From contig OZ243956.1 of the NCBI GenBank assembly GCA_965214405.1, positions 4,160,001-4,224,000 on the forward strand: a stretch of DNA of 64,000 nucleotides, read 5' to 3'. The DNA comes from Trueperaceae bacterium. GTDB lineage: Bacteria; Deinococcota; Deinococci; Deinococcales; Trueperaceae. Below, piece by piece: positions 30,463 through 40,328 of the stretch. The notes below the pieces were generated by a model. The model searched no databases. It was not told the origin of the DNA and saw only the letters and a list, made by a program, of their open reading frames with translations. Position 1 is the first letter of the stretch. Each line of letters opens with the position of its first letter. The position numbers and the translations under genes are program-made.

Positions 30463-31654
30463 TGTAGTGCTTCTCCAAAGCGGCACCACCCTTTAAGGTG
30501 GAGAAAAGGAGAAGCGAGATGGCAAGGATCAGACCCAAACAGTGGAGCAGCGAGGAAAAGACGGCGCTTGTGCTGACGCTCTTGCGAGGCGAGGCCAGTG
30601 CTGCGGAACTGTGCAGGCGGCATGGCATGAGCGAGAACAGCTTGTACACCTGGCGGGAGCGGTTTTTAGCAGCAGGCCAAGAGGCTTTGACCAATGGAAA
30701 AGCGAAGAGAGGAATTGCTTCTAAAGCAGAGGAAGAGAACCGAGCCCTGAAAGAGGCACTGGCAGAGGCGGTGTTGCGGAACGAGCTGCTCAAAAAAACG
30801 CGCCTCGGATGAGTTATCAGGAGATGGAGGCACTTCGGGAGGAACTGGGCTTGGGTGTCAATGCTTTTTTGCGGCTCGGCGGTATTGCTAAGAGCAGCTA
30901 CTACCGACGTAAACGCGGCGGCAAGGCAAAAACAACTCTGCAAGCGGCGGTCGAGGAAAGGGTAAAACGACTCTGCGACGAACATCCTCGGCTGGGGCAC
31001 CGGCCCATCCACGCGTTGCTGGCAAAAACGCATCCCATCAGCCCGAGCACGGTCTACCGAATCATGAAGCGGCTTGACCTGTGTCAGAAACCTCAGAAAA
31101 AGAAAAGGGTGAAAAGCAGCTCTGCTCCTCTGGAGCTGGACAACCTTGGCCTCACCGTCGGGCTCGACTTTACGCACTGGGGTCAAAAGCCTATCCTCAA
31201 CGTGCTGGAGTATGAGAGCCGTTACTGCTTAGCGTCGGTAGTGAGCGAGCGCGAAACCAGCGAAGCCGCCAAAGAAGCTCTTGACCGTGCTCTACAAGAG
31301 GCGAAGGGTCTCGGATTGCCTTATAGGAATATAGAAGTCAAGAGTGACCACGGGAGCACCTTTACGGCTGAGACCTTTCGCAGCTTCTTACACGACCACC
31401 GTTGTCAACACACGCTCTCGGCGGTGGGTCGTCCTCAAGGGATGGGACGGGTCGAGCGTTTCAACCGCTCGCTCAAAGAACAGGGGCTTCAGCCTGAAGA
31501 CCTCGAACCCAGCCAAAGTTTGCAGCCCACGCTCGACGCCTACCGCAACTACTATAATATTAAGCGTCCCCACCAAGCCCTCGGCTACAAAACCCCACTA
31601 GAACTTCTGCAGTCAAAGGGCTATAATTCAGTACCGCTAATTTGAAGCACTACA
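30463..31654 (+). mobile_element. IS3-family element (orfA 30519-30812, orfB 30809-31645)
   Basis: Terminal IRs TGTAGTGCTTC...AGCGG.AC at both ends; DDE (GLDFT, KSDHGSTF, VERFNRSLK); no target duplication. Confidence 0.9.
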
Positions 31655-31810
31655 TAAGACCTACGAACGCGCCCACGCTGCGACTTCACGCGAACTTCGC
31701 CCTCTCTTCGAGCGTCAACACGAAAGCAAGTGAAGTCAGCACACCAACGCCGTCTACCTGCTTGAGCACAAACGTCTCCGGGTAGCGCTGTTGTGAGAGC
31801 AGCTCGAGCC
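31655..31810 (-). pseudogene. IS110-family transposase fragment
   Basis: Manual translation RYPETFVLKQVDGVGVLTSLAFVLTLEERAKFA*SRSVGAFVGL. Confidence 0.7.
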
Positions 31811-31821
31811 TTGAAAGAGTG

Positions 31822-31967
31822 CAGGCGTTCATCAGGATATGGGTCGAATCGGTTCTAACTTTACCTCTAGGTTTTACGAGACCCTTTTCTTTAAGTTGTT
31901 CAAGCAGCCTGTCCAGCAGTCGTAACGCTGCGCTCCCCGAGACGAGTCGAGACCGGAACTCGCTCAG
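31822..31967 (-). pseudogene. IS1182-family transposase fragment
   Basis: Manual translation LSEFRSRLVSGSAALRLLDRLLEQLKEKGLVKPRGKVRTDSTHIL. Confidence 0.7.
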
Positions 31968-32220
31968 ACAGTGGTTTCTGGTATCTCATATATTTCTGAG
32001 GCCCTCAGCGTGGACCATTGTTTCAGGTAAACCTGACTTTGCCAACAGTATCGGGTTCTATGAGAAACCCCCAAATTACCGTCGGGCTCTTGTTGAGGCA
32101 AGCACTTGATGACCAATGAACCACACCACTGCGGTCTTAAATGACTGGATGCTTAAACCTTGCTTCGCCACTTGTAACTTTGGAGCAGTACCAGTCAAGC
32201 TTAGTGCTTCATTTTGTACG

Positions 32221-33063
32221 CTATTTACCCCAACGTAACTCTGCCCATTTAGGATGTTCTTTGAGTTGCTGCTCCATGTCACGAAATGTTTTTACTGACC
32301 GTTTTAATTTTGTATACACATCTCCGCCCACTGAGTATCCTTGGATGCCAATCATGCCGCTGTACCCGACTTGCCTCAAAAAGCCTAACACTACGAAGTT
32401 GTCTAACTCACCAGTGTCTAAAGGTTCAATGGTTGCAGGAGGACCGGAGCCAACTACTTTTCGGCTGCCACAAAGATTGACCGACCGCAAGTAAGGTGCA
32501 GCCTGCTCAAGGTTTTGAAGGTTTTGGCCACTCACCGCATACCAGTGAAATCCAGGAAATACGACTCCAAGGAGAGGATGGTTGATCTTTTGACAGAGTC
32601 TTACGGCGTCCTCGATCCGCTCGAGCCAGCAATTGATATGGGGATAAAGCAGTAGGTTGACATTACGCGATTCAGCGACACTCAACAGTTTTTCGAGCCA
32701 AGTCAAAGCTACCCTATCACCACGTGGATCCGATTTAGAAAAACCCGATTCGCCTGCTTTGACATTGATCTCGACACTCGAGCATCCCTCCAGCGAGTTA
32801 ACGAGTTGAAGAATCTTTTGGTTGCCTTCATCTGTGTCAGGGGCGCTGATATCAAGAGTGACGTAAACGCCGGCGACAGCTAAGCCATAGCGCGCCTTGA
32901 CCTCCACGAGGAGAGGGAGGTCTCGCCAGGCACGGTTGCTCCACAGGGTGAGGTATGTTGCGTCGTAGCCAAGCTTCCTCAGCATTTCACAGCGCGCTTC
33001 AAATTCGTATGAGCCTAGAGAATGGTAGAACGCCGTGTCCATAGCAAAGAGTTGATAGCTCAT
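32221..33063 (-). CDS. Sugar phosphate isomerase/epimerase (xylose-isomerase-like TIM barrel)
   Basis: LLYPH..W.ERIEDA...GELDN..VL..L..VGYSG; coupled to a Gfo/Idh/MocA gene. Confidence 0.7.
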   Translation of the reverse strand: MSYQLFAMDTAFYHSLGSYEFEARCEMLRKLGYDATYLTLWSNRAWRDLPLLVEVKARYGLAVAGVYVTLDISAPDTDEGNQKILQLVNSLEGCSSVEINVKAGESGFSKSDPRGDRVALTWLEKLLSVAESRNVNLLLYPHINCWLERIEDAVRLCQKINHPLLGVVFPGFHWYAVSGQNLQNLEQAAPYLRSVNLCGSRKVVGSGPPATIEPLDTGELDNFVVLGFLRQVGYSGMIGIQGYSVGGDVYTKLKRSVKTFRDMEQQLKEHPKWAELRWGK

Positions 33064-34151
33064 ACCGTTGCCTCTAATGATACTGTCTGAGGCTTACCGG
33101 TATCGGCGGCTTCATAGATGGCTTGTATACAGCTAAAGTTAAAGACCGCTTGCCCATCAACCAGGGCTAAAGATGTTCTACCGTGAACGTGTTGATAGAA
33201 GTAGAAAAGAGGTTTATCCATGGGACCAATTTTCTCGTCTGAGTCGAACGTCGTTACGCTTGTTTCTGTCTGGCCGTCTAGGTCATATGTGTGAGCGACT
33301 TTCCTTGCCCCGTTGATCCAGGGCCAGTCCCATGATACGCCCCCCCGACTCCCTTCCAGTTCGACGAGAGAGCGTTCACCACCGTGAGTACAAGCTGAAC
33401 GTTCATAGGTAACCTCAACGACTGCATTGTTGACAAGATGATAACGAAGCGTTGCATCAACGTGCTGCTCAACGTTGTTCGGCGCGCCCTTTAGCTCGAG
33501 ATGAGTATCTGGTTTGGCCGTCCAGGCGTGGATGACCTCAACTCTTACAGGGGACAACACATTGCTGAGGGTAGTGACGTCGTAAGGCCCCCAATCCATT
33601 AAAACGCCGCCTCCACTTTTAGCTTTTTCTAAGAACCAGCGACTCTTCGGTTGGTACTCAACGCCCGTGCGCTTCCGTTGGCTCCGATTCACGAACGTCA
33701 GGTGATAAAGCTTGCCAAGAGTCTCTGCGCCTATGAGATTCTTGACTTTCTCCGTTGTTGGCAAGCCTAAGAAACGGTTACTGCAACAGCCTAACGTGCG
33801 ATTTATTCTGCGAGCGAGCTCGAGCATCTTGACAGCCTCCTCGCGACTCATGGCTAGTGGCTTTTCGCAAAGCACGTGACGTCCGCTTTCGAGCGCACGA
33901 CACGTCAGCTCAAAATGGCTTGAAGGGGGCGTGGCGACGATCGCAATGTCGTCCGACTCGGCAGGCAGGGCCAGCATCGCCTCGAGTTCATCAAACGTTT
34001 GAGCTTGAGGGAAATGCACCCTGAAGGCGGCCAGGGTATCTGGACTGACGTCCGTGACAAACAGCAATGCCTCTTCGGGAAGCTTGCACAAGGCATCTGC
34101 GTGACGCCTTGCGATAGCGCCTGCCCCGATTAAGTAGATTTTCTGTGGCAT
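33060..34151 (-). CDS. Gfo/Idh/MocA oxidoreductase
   Basis: IGAGAIARRH, VATPPSSH, HVLCEKPLA, GGGVLMDWGPY. Confidence 0.9.
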   Translation of the reverse strand: MPQKIYLIGAGAIARRHADALCKLPEEALLFVTDVSPDTLAAFRVHFPQAQTFDELEAMLALPAESDDIAIVATPPSSHFELTCRALESGRHVLCEKPLAMSREEAVKMLELARRINRTLGCCSNRFLGLPTTEKVKNLIGAETLGKLYHLTFVNRSQRKRTGVEYQPKSRWFLEKAKSGGGVLMDWGPYDVTTLSNVLSPVRVEVIHAWTAKPDTHLELKGAPNNVEQHVDATLRYHLVNNAVVEVTYERSACTHGGERSLVELEGSRGGVSWDWPWINGARKVAHTYDLDGQTETSVTTFDSDEKIGPMDKPLFYFYQHVHGRTSLALVDGQAVFNFSCIQAIYEAADTGKPQTVSLEATV

Positions 34152-34417
34152 AATTCTTATCTCCTATCGGTTTTATTCTGTCTTGACCACTGCCTAGCAA
34201 GAATTCGTGTGAAATAGAAAGCCATTCGCTCTCCAGTTGTCATGCAAGTTGCTTTCCGTCGAGTATGCTTTGTAGTGCTTCGACTATCTTGACCAGATCG
34301 CCCTTTTGCTGAGGAATGTGTTCTTCTAACAGAAGATTAAACGGGTCCACGACAAACCCGAGGGTGGGCGACTAAACCTCCTGACGGAAGAGCTGGTTAG
34401 CGGTTGAAATATTTGTT

Positions 34418-35328
34418 ACCGTAATTGCTAGTTGCCATCCATGCTGTTGGCCCGTCAAACTGGTGATGGAGACATCAGTTTTGGAGGCTACACAGCATGG
34501 ATGACGACTTTATTGTAACGGCTTACTGCATCATCAGTGACACCCTCGAAAGGTCCGGGCATCAGACGCATAAACTGGCGCAGGTGAGTGACGCTGAAGT
34601 TCTCACCGTTGCCGTGGTGGCGGCCAAGTTCTTTGCCAACCATCAAGAGCGTGCTTTGTGTCTCATGGTTAAGATCGGTTACCTTCATCCCTTGAGCGTT
34701 TCTCGCTATAACCGCCGCCTACACGCGCTTAGCTCTTGGCTCGAGAGCGTGCTCAACGTGCTCACACATGTCTTCACCCAGCAGCGGGTCTTCATCGTCG
34801 ACAGCATTCCCCTGGCCGTATGCAGGCGTGTGCGCGCGAGGCGTTGCAAAAAGGTCAGGGGTAAAGCCTTTTGTGGCTACTGCGCGCCGAAAAAAGAGAA
34901 GTTCTTTGGCTGGCGCTTACATCTCATTTGTGATGCTCGGGGCGTGCCGGTAAGCTACAGCTTGGTAGAGGCGTCTTACCACGACCTGACCCCGCTGCAC
35001 GAACTGAGCTATGCGTTACCTCAAGGCTCAGTTTTATACGGAGACAAAGCCTACCTGAGCGCCCCTGATGAGGCGAGTCTGCAAGAGGCGTGCAAGGTGG
35101 TGCTGGTCACCCCGAAGCGCAAGAACATGAAAGAGCAAAACACCTTGTCCGAGGTTTTTGGCTTGCAGCGTTACCGCCTGGGCATAGAAACCATGAACAG
35201 CCAGTTAGAGAGCATGGGCGTGCAACGCTTACGAGCAAGAACCAACCAAGGCTTTTTCATCAAGGTCCACGCTTCTCTATTTGCCCTTGCTTGCACCAAC
35301 CTGCATGAGCTCGACTAGCAATTACGGT
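34418..35328 (+). mobile_element. IS982-family element (transposase 34497-35318)
   Basis: Perfect IRs ACCGTAATTGCTAGT; SDAEVLT, SRYNRR, IVDSIP, FFGWRLHL, YGDKAY, IETMNSQL. Confidence 0.9.
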
Positions 35329-35335
35329 AGAATAT

Positions 35336-36391
35336 ATGACCGACCCATCTGAGATAGATTGGCTGACCGTATCCTTACCCCTCCCAGAGGAGGGAAAAAT
35401 TGAGCCTACTGTCCCCCTAGAAGATGACACTACCGCAACTGTGCTCGTTTCCCCGACGAGCCGCCTAGATGCTGATAACCTGCTTGACCGTATCAGAGAC
35501 CTTGCGATTCGCCAGCTTAGAGCAAACGGTTTTCACGACTTGAGCACCCTTTTCGAGGTTGCTGTCGGTGACGAGACCAGTTCTACGGTTAACGCTGAAC
35601 CGCAACGCTGGCCCACCCGCAGGTGGGCTTACCTTTTACTCTCTACTTTGCTCGTGGCGTCCTTGGCAGTGCTTGCCTACGACCGTTTCATCGTTCAACC
35701 GAATCTTTCTGCAACCCGAGGCGGCATCTTCGCGTTCCGTGACCGCGTGAAAGCGACCTCAGACTTAAGCGTTCCGACTCTTATCGGTCCCGAAGGAGAG
35801 GTTGAGCAGCTAGAACCTGTGCTGCGCGTATCGGATGTTCCAGGCGCACTTGCTTACGAATTCTATGTCGAAGACACGGTGAGTGGAGATGGCGTCTACA
35901 CCGGACCGCTTCCCAACAATGCCTTTCCCATCCCCGAAGGGACTCTCTGCCCCAACACGCTCTACGAGTGGCGGGTCCGCGTTTTGGGCGAAGATGGCTG
36001 GACCTCGTTTTCGAGTGCTCTCAGGTTCACGGTGTCACCAGGCGCACTCGCTAGCTCACAACAGCAGCTACTTGATTTGGCGCGGATCAAAGAGCGGCCA
36101 ACTCCGCCTGTCATGGTCTCGCCCCTCGGTTCAGTCTCCTCCGTGACACCGACACTCGAGGTCGAACCCGCCGAGAATGTCATAGGCTACGGCTTTTACA
36201 TCCGTGACTTACAAACTGACCAAGTCATCTACAACAATAACTTCGCCCTAACTAACGAAGTCCAGCTTCCTGAAGACTCGCTCAAAGAAGGAGGTATCTA
36301 TCAGTGGAACGCTCGAGCCCGCAACTGCCATTACTGGTCCGAGTTTACCCCCGCCCAGGTGTTTAACGTTGACGTCACGAAAGGAGATTAA
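35336..36391 (+). CDS. Single-TM protein with two FN3-like extracellular repeats (possibly 5'-truncated by IS982)
   Basis: TM WAYLLLSTLLVASLAVLAY; duplicated P....P.G...P.L...Y.FY...Y.W..R...W..F unit. Confidence 0.6.
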   Translation: MTDPSEIDWLTVSLPLPEEGKIEPTVPLEDDTTATVLVSPTSRLDADNLLDRIRDLAIRQLRANGFHDLSTLFEVAVGDETSSTVNAEPQRWPTRRWAYLLLSTLLVASLAVLAYDRFIVQPNLSATRGGIFAFRDRVKATSDLSVPTLIGPEGEVEQLEPVLRVSDVPGALAYEFYVEDTVSGDGVYTGPLPNNAFPIPEGTLCPNTLYEWRVRVLGEDGWTSFSSALRFTVSPGALASSQQQLLDLARIKERPTPPVMVSPLGSVSSVTPTLEVEPAENVIGYGFYIRDLQTDQVIYNNNFALTNEVQLPEDSLKEGGIYQWNARARNCHYWSEFTPAQVFNVDVTKGD

Positions 36392-36392
36392 C

Positions 36393-37082
36393 ATGAGAAC
36401 CCCAAACCACGTCGCCCTCATCATTGATGGCAACCGCCGTTGGGCGCGACAACATAGGATACGATTCTTCGACGCTTATAAATGTGCTGGTGTCAACTTG
36501 GTCGATATCGTTTGCGCTGCTGCTGAGTTAGGCGTTAAGACCGTCACAGCCTTCTTGTTCTCGACCGAGAACTGGAAACGCGATCAAGAAGAGATTGACT
36601 CGGTTATGAAAGCCTTCGGGGAGATTCTTTTCGAGCATACGACTACCTTTGAACGGTGTGGTGTACGCGTGTATACCATCGGCGACTTCGAAGGGTTGCC
36701 GCAAAACATTCAAAGGGCGCTCACGCACACGATGAGCGAAACGGTTAACTGTCAGCGGATGAATTTCGTCATGGCGTTTAACTATGGAGGGCGGTGGGAC
36801 GTCATTGAGGCGGTCAAGAAGGTGACACGGGATCTGAGCCCACGAAGCGTCGACGCCCTAACGGAGCGCGACTTTGCTGATCTCCTAAGCACCGCGTCTT
36901 TCGGCGATCCTGACCTGCTCATTCGCACCGGGAGCCAACAGCGGGTCAGCAACTTTATGATGTGGCAACTGGCTTACACTGAGCTGTACTTTAGCGACTT
37001 GATGTGGCCCAACTTTACCCCCGAAGCGTTCAAGCAAGCGCTGTTCGACTATGAGCAGCGCGAGCGGCGGAAAGGGGCTTAA
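36393..37082 (+). CDS. uppS: cis-prenyltransferase (UppS family)
   Basis: HVALIIDGNRRWA, FSTENWKR, NYGGR, PDLLIRTG..RVSNFMMWQLAYTEL, RERRKG. Confidence 0.88.
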   Translation: MRTPNHVALIIDGNRRWARQHRIRFFDAYKCAGVNLVDIVCAAAELGVKTVTAFLFSTENWKRDQEEIDSVMKAFGEILFEHTTTFERCGVRVYTIGDFEGLPQNIQRALTHTMSETVNCQRMNFVMAFNYGGRWDVIEAVKKVTRDLSPRSVDALTERDFADLLSTASFGDPDLLIRTGSQQRVSNFMMWQLAYTELYFSDLMWPNFTPEAFKQALFDYEQRERRKGA

Positions 37083-37084
37083 CG

Positions 37085-37795
37085 ATGCCGATGCCTTACG
37101 CCCACTATGTGCTAGCTCAGGCGGTTGCCGAAGAAGGTAACTTACCGATTGAAAACAGAAGTGCGTACTTCGTCGGGGCCTTCATGCCGGATATCCGCTA
37201 CTTTACTCGGCAACCCAGAGAAAAGTATCACTTTCCCGTCGAGCGGCTCGAGCCCTACCGTCATACAGACACTTCGAAAGATTACCTGCTCGGCTACGAG
37301 GTTCACCTGCTGATTGATGAAGTGTGGGAGTACCCGGAGCTAAAAGAAGCTTATAAAAATGCCTTTCCGCTCCTCATTAAAAAACGGTTGACGCGAGGGC
37401 TTCAAGCTTTAGCGTTTGAAATGTACTGCCTCAAGCAGTCGGTTGACGTTGCTGAGCTAGAACCTGTTGAAAACGACCTCACGAAAGCGCTCGAGATTCC
37501 CACCTCTGACATAGAACGGGCAGTTTCCTCGATGCAGCGGTATCTCGAGCAACACAACCTAGAAGCTGCGCTGGAGATGGCGAAGGAGACCAAGCTATTT
37601 CCAGAAGAGCGGCTCCAAACGGTAGAGCGCGTGGTGAACCTCATGAAAAACGCACTCGTTCGCCCCATCGTCTACGGCGTCGTTACGAGGGCGTCGAGAC
37701 GGATATTTTCTAAAGTCGTCCTTCATGTCATCAATAGATTAGGACAAAACGAAGTAAACCACCCTTCTGAGTGTAAACGTGCAACCCTTGAGTGA
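37085..37795 (+). CDS. Zinc-dependent phospholipase C/P1-nuclease-fold protein
   Basis: N-terminal MP..AH, GAFMPDI, H, GYEVHLLIDEVW. Confidence 0.65.
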   Translation: MPMPYAHYVLAQAVAEEGNLPIENRSAYFVGAFMPDIRYFTRQPREKYHFPVERLEPYRHTDTSKDYLLGYEVHLLIDEVWEYPELKEAYKNAFPLLIKKRLTRGLQALAFEMYCLKQSVDVAELEPVENDLTKALEIPTSDIERAVSSMQRYLEQHNLEAALEMAKETKLFPEERLQTVERVVNLMKNALVRPIVYGVVTRASRRIFSKVVLHVINRLGQNEVNHPSECKRATLE

Positions 37796-38405
37796 GGCTC
37801 GAGGCATTACGACCTTAGCTGTTTGGGTGTCGCGTGTCTTTCATCCCTTTGTCATTTCCACTCTCGTTCTTTTTCTAACTCAGGTTCTGTCTGCCGTCAC
37901 TATCCCAGAGGCGCTAGGCTGGACGGTGCTCACCGTCGCAGTGTTGATTCTGCCTATTCTGCTCTTTGTTTTGCTCAGGGTTAGATCAGGTTGCTATGCG
38001 GATATCGACGTGTCCGTGCGGGAGGACAGGGTTTTACTTTACGGACTGGCGGGGGCTTGTTCTGTCCTGCTCATCATCCTACTGGCTGTCTTCGACGCGC
38101 CCAGAATAGTCCAGGCGACGCTGCGGGCAGCTTTGTTCGCGTTTGGCGTGGCTGCCGTGCTGAACCGGTTCGTCGGCAAGATAAGTTTGCACATGCTGGC
38201 GATGGGGGGCTGCATGGCTGTTCTTTCCTTTGTCTCCTTACCTACAGGCATCACATTGGGGCTCTTCAGCTTGCCGCTCGGGTGGTCTCGGCTTTACCTC
38301 ACGCGGCACACGTTTATGGAAGTCCTCGTGGGTTGGTTAGTAGGTGTTATTTGCTTTGGTAGTTGGTTTTCAATTACTTTAGTAAACTCTGTAAGAAATG
38401 TTTAG
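37779..38405 (+). CDS. PAP2-superfamily membrane phosphatase-like protein
   Basis: Multiple TMs; KISLH and WSRLYLTRHT..EV..G motifs. Confidence 0.7.
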   Translation: MQPLSEARGITTLAVWVSRVFHPFVISTLVLFLTQVLSAVTIPEALGWTVLTVAVLILPILLFVLLRVRSGCYADIDVSVREDRVLLYGLAGACSVLLIILLAVFDAPRIVQATLRAALFAFGVAAVLNRFVGKISLHMLAMGGCMAVLSFVSLPTGITLGLFSLPLGWSRLYLTRHTFMEVLVGWLVGVICFGSWFSITLVNSVRNV

Positions 38406-38447
38406 CCAGGGAACACATTTGAGAACAACCGTTTTCCGTAGGGAACA

Positions 38448-39731
38448 ATGAACAGCAAAATCATCACCATTGTGACGATAGGTTCACGGGGCGATGTCCA
38501 GCCGTACATTGCACTCGGGTTGGGACTTGAGAAGGCCGGTTACAAGGTGCGCATCGCTGCACCTGCAAGGCTGAGGGGCTTGATTACGCGTTACGGCCTC
38601 ACCGCCCTTCCCGTTCATGCGGTCGACCCTCAAGCGTTTCTCGCTCAAGCCGCCGTGCAAGATGTCGCCAAGCGAAGGAATCCCTTACAGCAAATGAGAG
38701 CGTTGCTGCGCGAAGCACGCCCCCTCATCGTAGACTTTCTCGACGAGGTCTGGGAGGCTTGTCAAGACAGCGACGCGATCATCGCCACCACCATTTTCTT
38801 TGGCGCTCAAGACAGCGCTGAAAAGCTCGGTATTCCCTGCATCTATACCTTTTTGCATCCGCTCTTCCCGACGCGGACCTCCTCGAGTCCGCTGGTGCCA
38901 CGACTCCCTGGGAACCTTGGCCTCCTCAACCGTGCAAGTCACACGCTGGTCGAGCAGGTGTTCTGGCAGACGTTTCGACCGATGGTGAACGCCTTTCGAA
39001 AGCGCCTCGGTCTGCCGCCCAGACCGTTGTGGGGTCCACATGGTCTCCTGCGGCAAGGTAGCTCTCTGGTGCTCTTTGGCTTCAGCCCTGCTGTTTTCCC
39101 CAGACCCCCAGACTGGCCGGCTCACGCGCATGTGACGGGCTATTGGTTTCTCGACGAACCGAAGGACTGGGCACCACCAGCAAATCTCAAAGCTTTCTTA
39201 GAGAGCGGCCCACCACCTACCTACGTCGGTTTCGGGAGCATGACCGACCAAGCTTCAGAACAGATGACTCAGCTCGTGGTTGAGGCGGTAACAGGTACCC
39301 AGCAACGTGCTGTGCTGGCCGCGGGCTGGAGTGGGCTTGGTGGCTCAAGACTTCCCGACACGGTATTTCGCACCGACTCAGTCCCCCATGCTTGGCTCTT
39401 CCCGCGTATGGCTGCGGTCACCCATCATGGCGGGGCGGGGACGACCTCGGCGGGCTTTCGGGCCGGGGTGCCTTCCATTATCACCCCGTTCGTCGCCGAT
39501 CAGCCTTTTTGGGCAAATCGCGCGGTTGCGCTTGGGATAGGTCCAGAACCCATTTTCTATCGCCAACTTACAGTTGAAGCCTTAGCAATCCGCTTCCAAA
39601 CGGCTGTCGGGAATAACGAGATGCGAAAGCGGGCAAAGCGCTTAGGTCAAACCATTCGAGCTGAAGATGGTGTAGAAAAGGCTGTCGCGCTTATCAACGC
39701 CTATCTCGAGACACATTCGCGTTACCTCTGA
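38448..39731 (+). CDS. GT1 sterol-3-beta-glucosyltransferase-like glycosyltransferase
   Basis: GSRGDVQPYIALG, YVGFGSM, VPHAWLFPR..AVTHHGGAGTT, PFVADQPFWA. Confidence 0.88.
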   Translation: MNSKIITIVTIGSRGDVQPYIALGLGLEKAGYKVRIAAPARLRGLITRYGLTALPVHAVDPQAFLAQAAVQDVAKRRNPLQQMRALLREARPLIVDFLDEVWEACQDSDAIIATTIFFGAQDSAEKLGIPCIYTFLHPLFPTRTSSSPLVPRLPGNLGLLNRASHTLVEQVFWQTFRPMVNAFRKRLGLPPRPLWGPHGLLRQGSSLVLFGFSPAVFPRPPDWPAHAHVTGYWFLDEPKDWAPPANLKAFLESGPPPTYVGFGSMTDQASEQMTQLVVEAVTGTQQRAVLAAGWSGLGGSRLPDTVFRTDSVPHAWLFPRMAAVTHHGGAGTTSAGFRAGVPSIITPFVADQPFWANRAVALGIGPEPIFYRQLTVEALAIRFQTAVGNNEMRKRAKRLGQTIRAEDGVEKAVALINAYLETHSRYL

Positions 39732-40328
39732 TGGCTCGTCATCTACAGCGGATCGCATAAAGACTGAGGGTGCATAGCGCAGGTAGCATTTCCTAAACTC
39801 TATCCTACACAGGCGTTTATAAACTACGCCTCCCTCAAATCAGATGCTACCTGCCTGATTGCCTGACAAAACTTTGCTTGTATGGCTGGGGCAGAGGCTA
39901 GGGCCGCTATTTACTGAGACTGCAGCGCTTGCAACTCAAGAGAAGTCGGGGCGAACGCGCTGATTTTGTGCCTAAACCTGCTGGATTCTCCTGCTTTATG
40001 TTGCTTAGCGGCTCCCACAACTGCAGAACTGGTAAGCGAGAGACAAAAGCTCGCCGACGCAGCTTATGGACTTTTGTCAGGCAATCAGTGCTACCTGCTA
40101 TAGGTGTTCAGAAAGATTAAAAGCCAAACACCAACACATCCCGCCCCGATGATCCATCCTCCAACCTATACGGAGAGCGCTAAAACCTTGGGGGTGCTGG
40201 CTTAGGACGAGCAGGAAAAGCTATAGGTTGTCCTGCGAAGTTGCTATGGCACGGAAACCGCTGGCCCTAGATTGATGTGTCAGGCGCGTCAGACCCCCGA
40301 CATTTTAGTGCTCTCCAACTCTAACAGC

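Noticed and set aside
29685..30623. 312-aa ORF as a full-length dehydrogenase
   Set aside because: The first ~54 codons are read from the IS3 end; the true N-terminus is missing.
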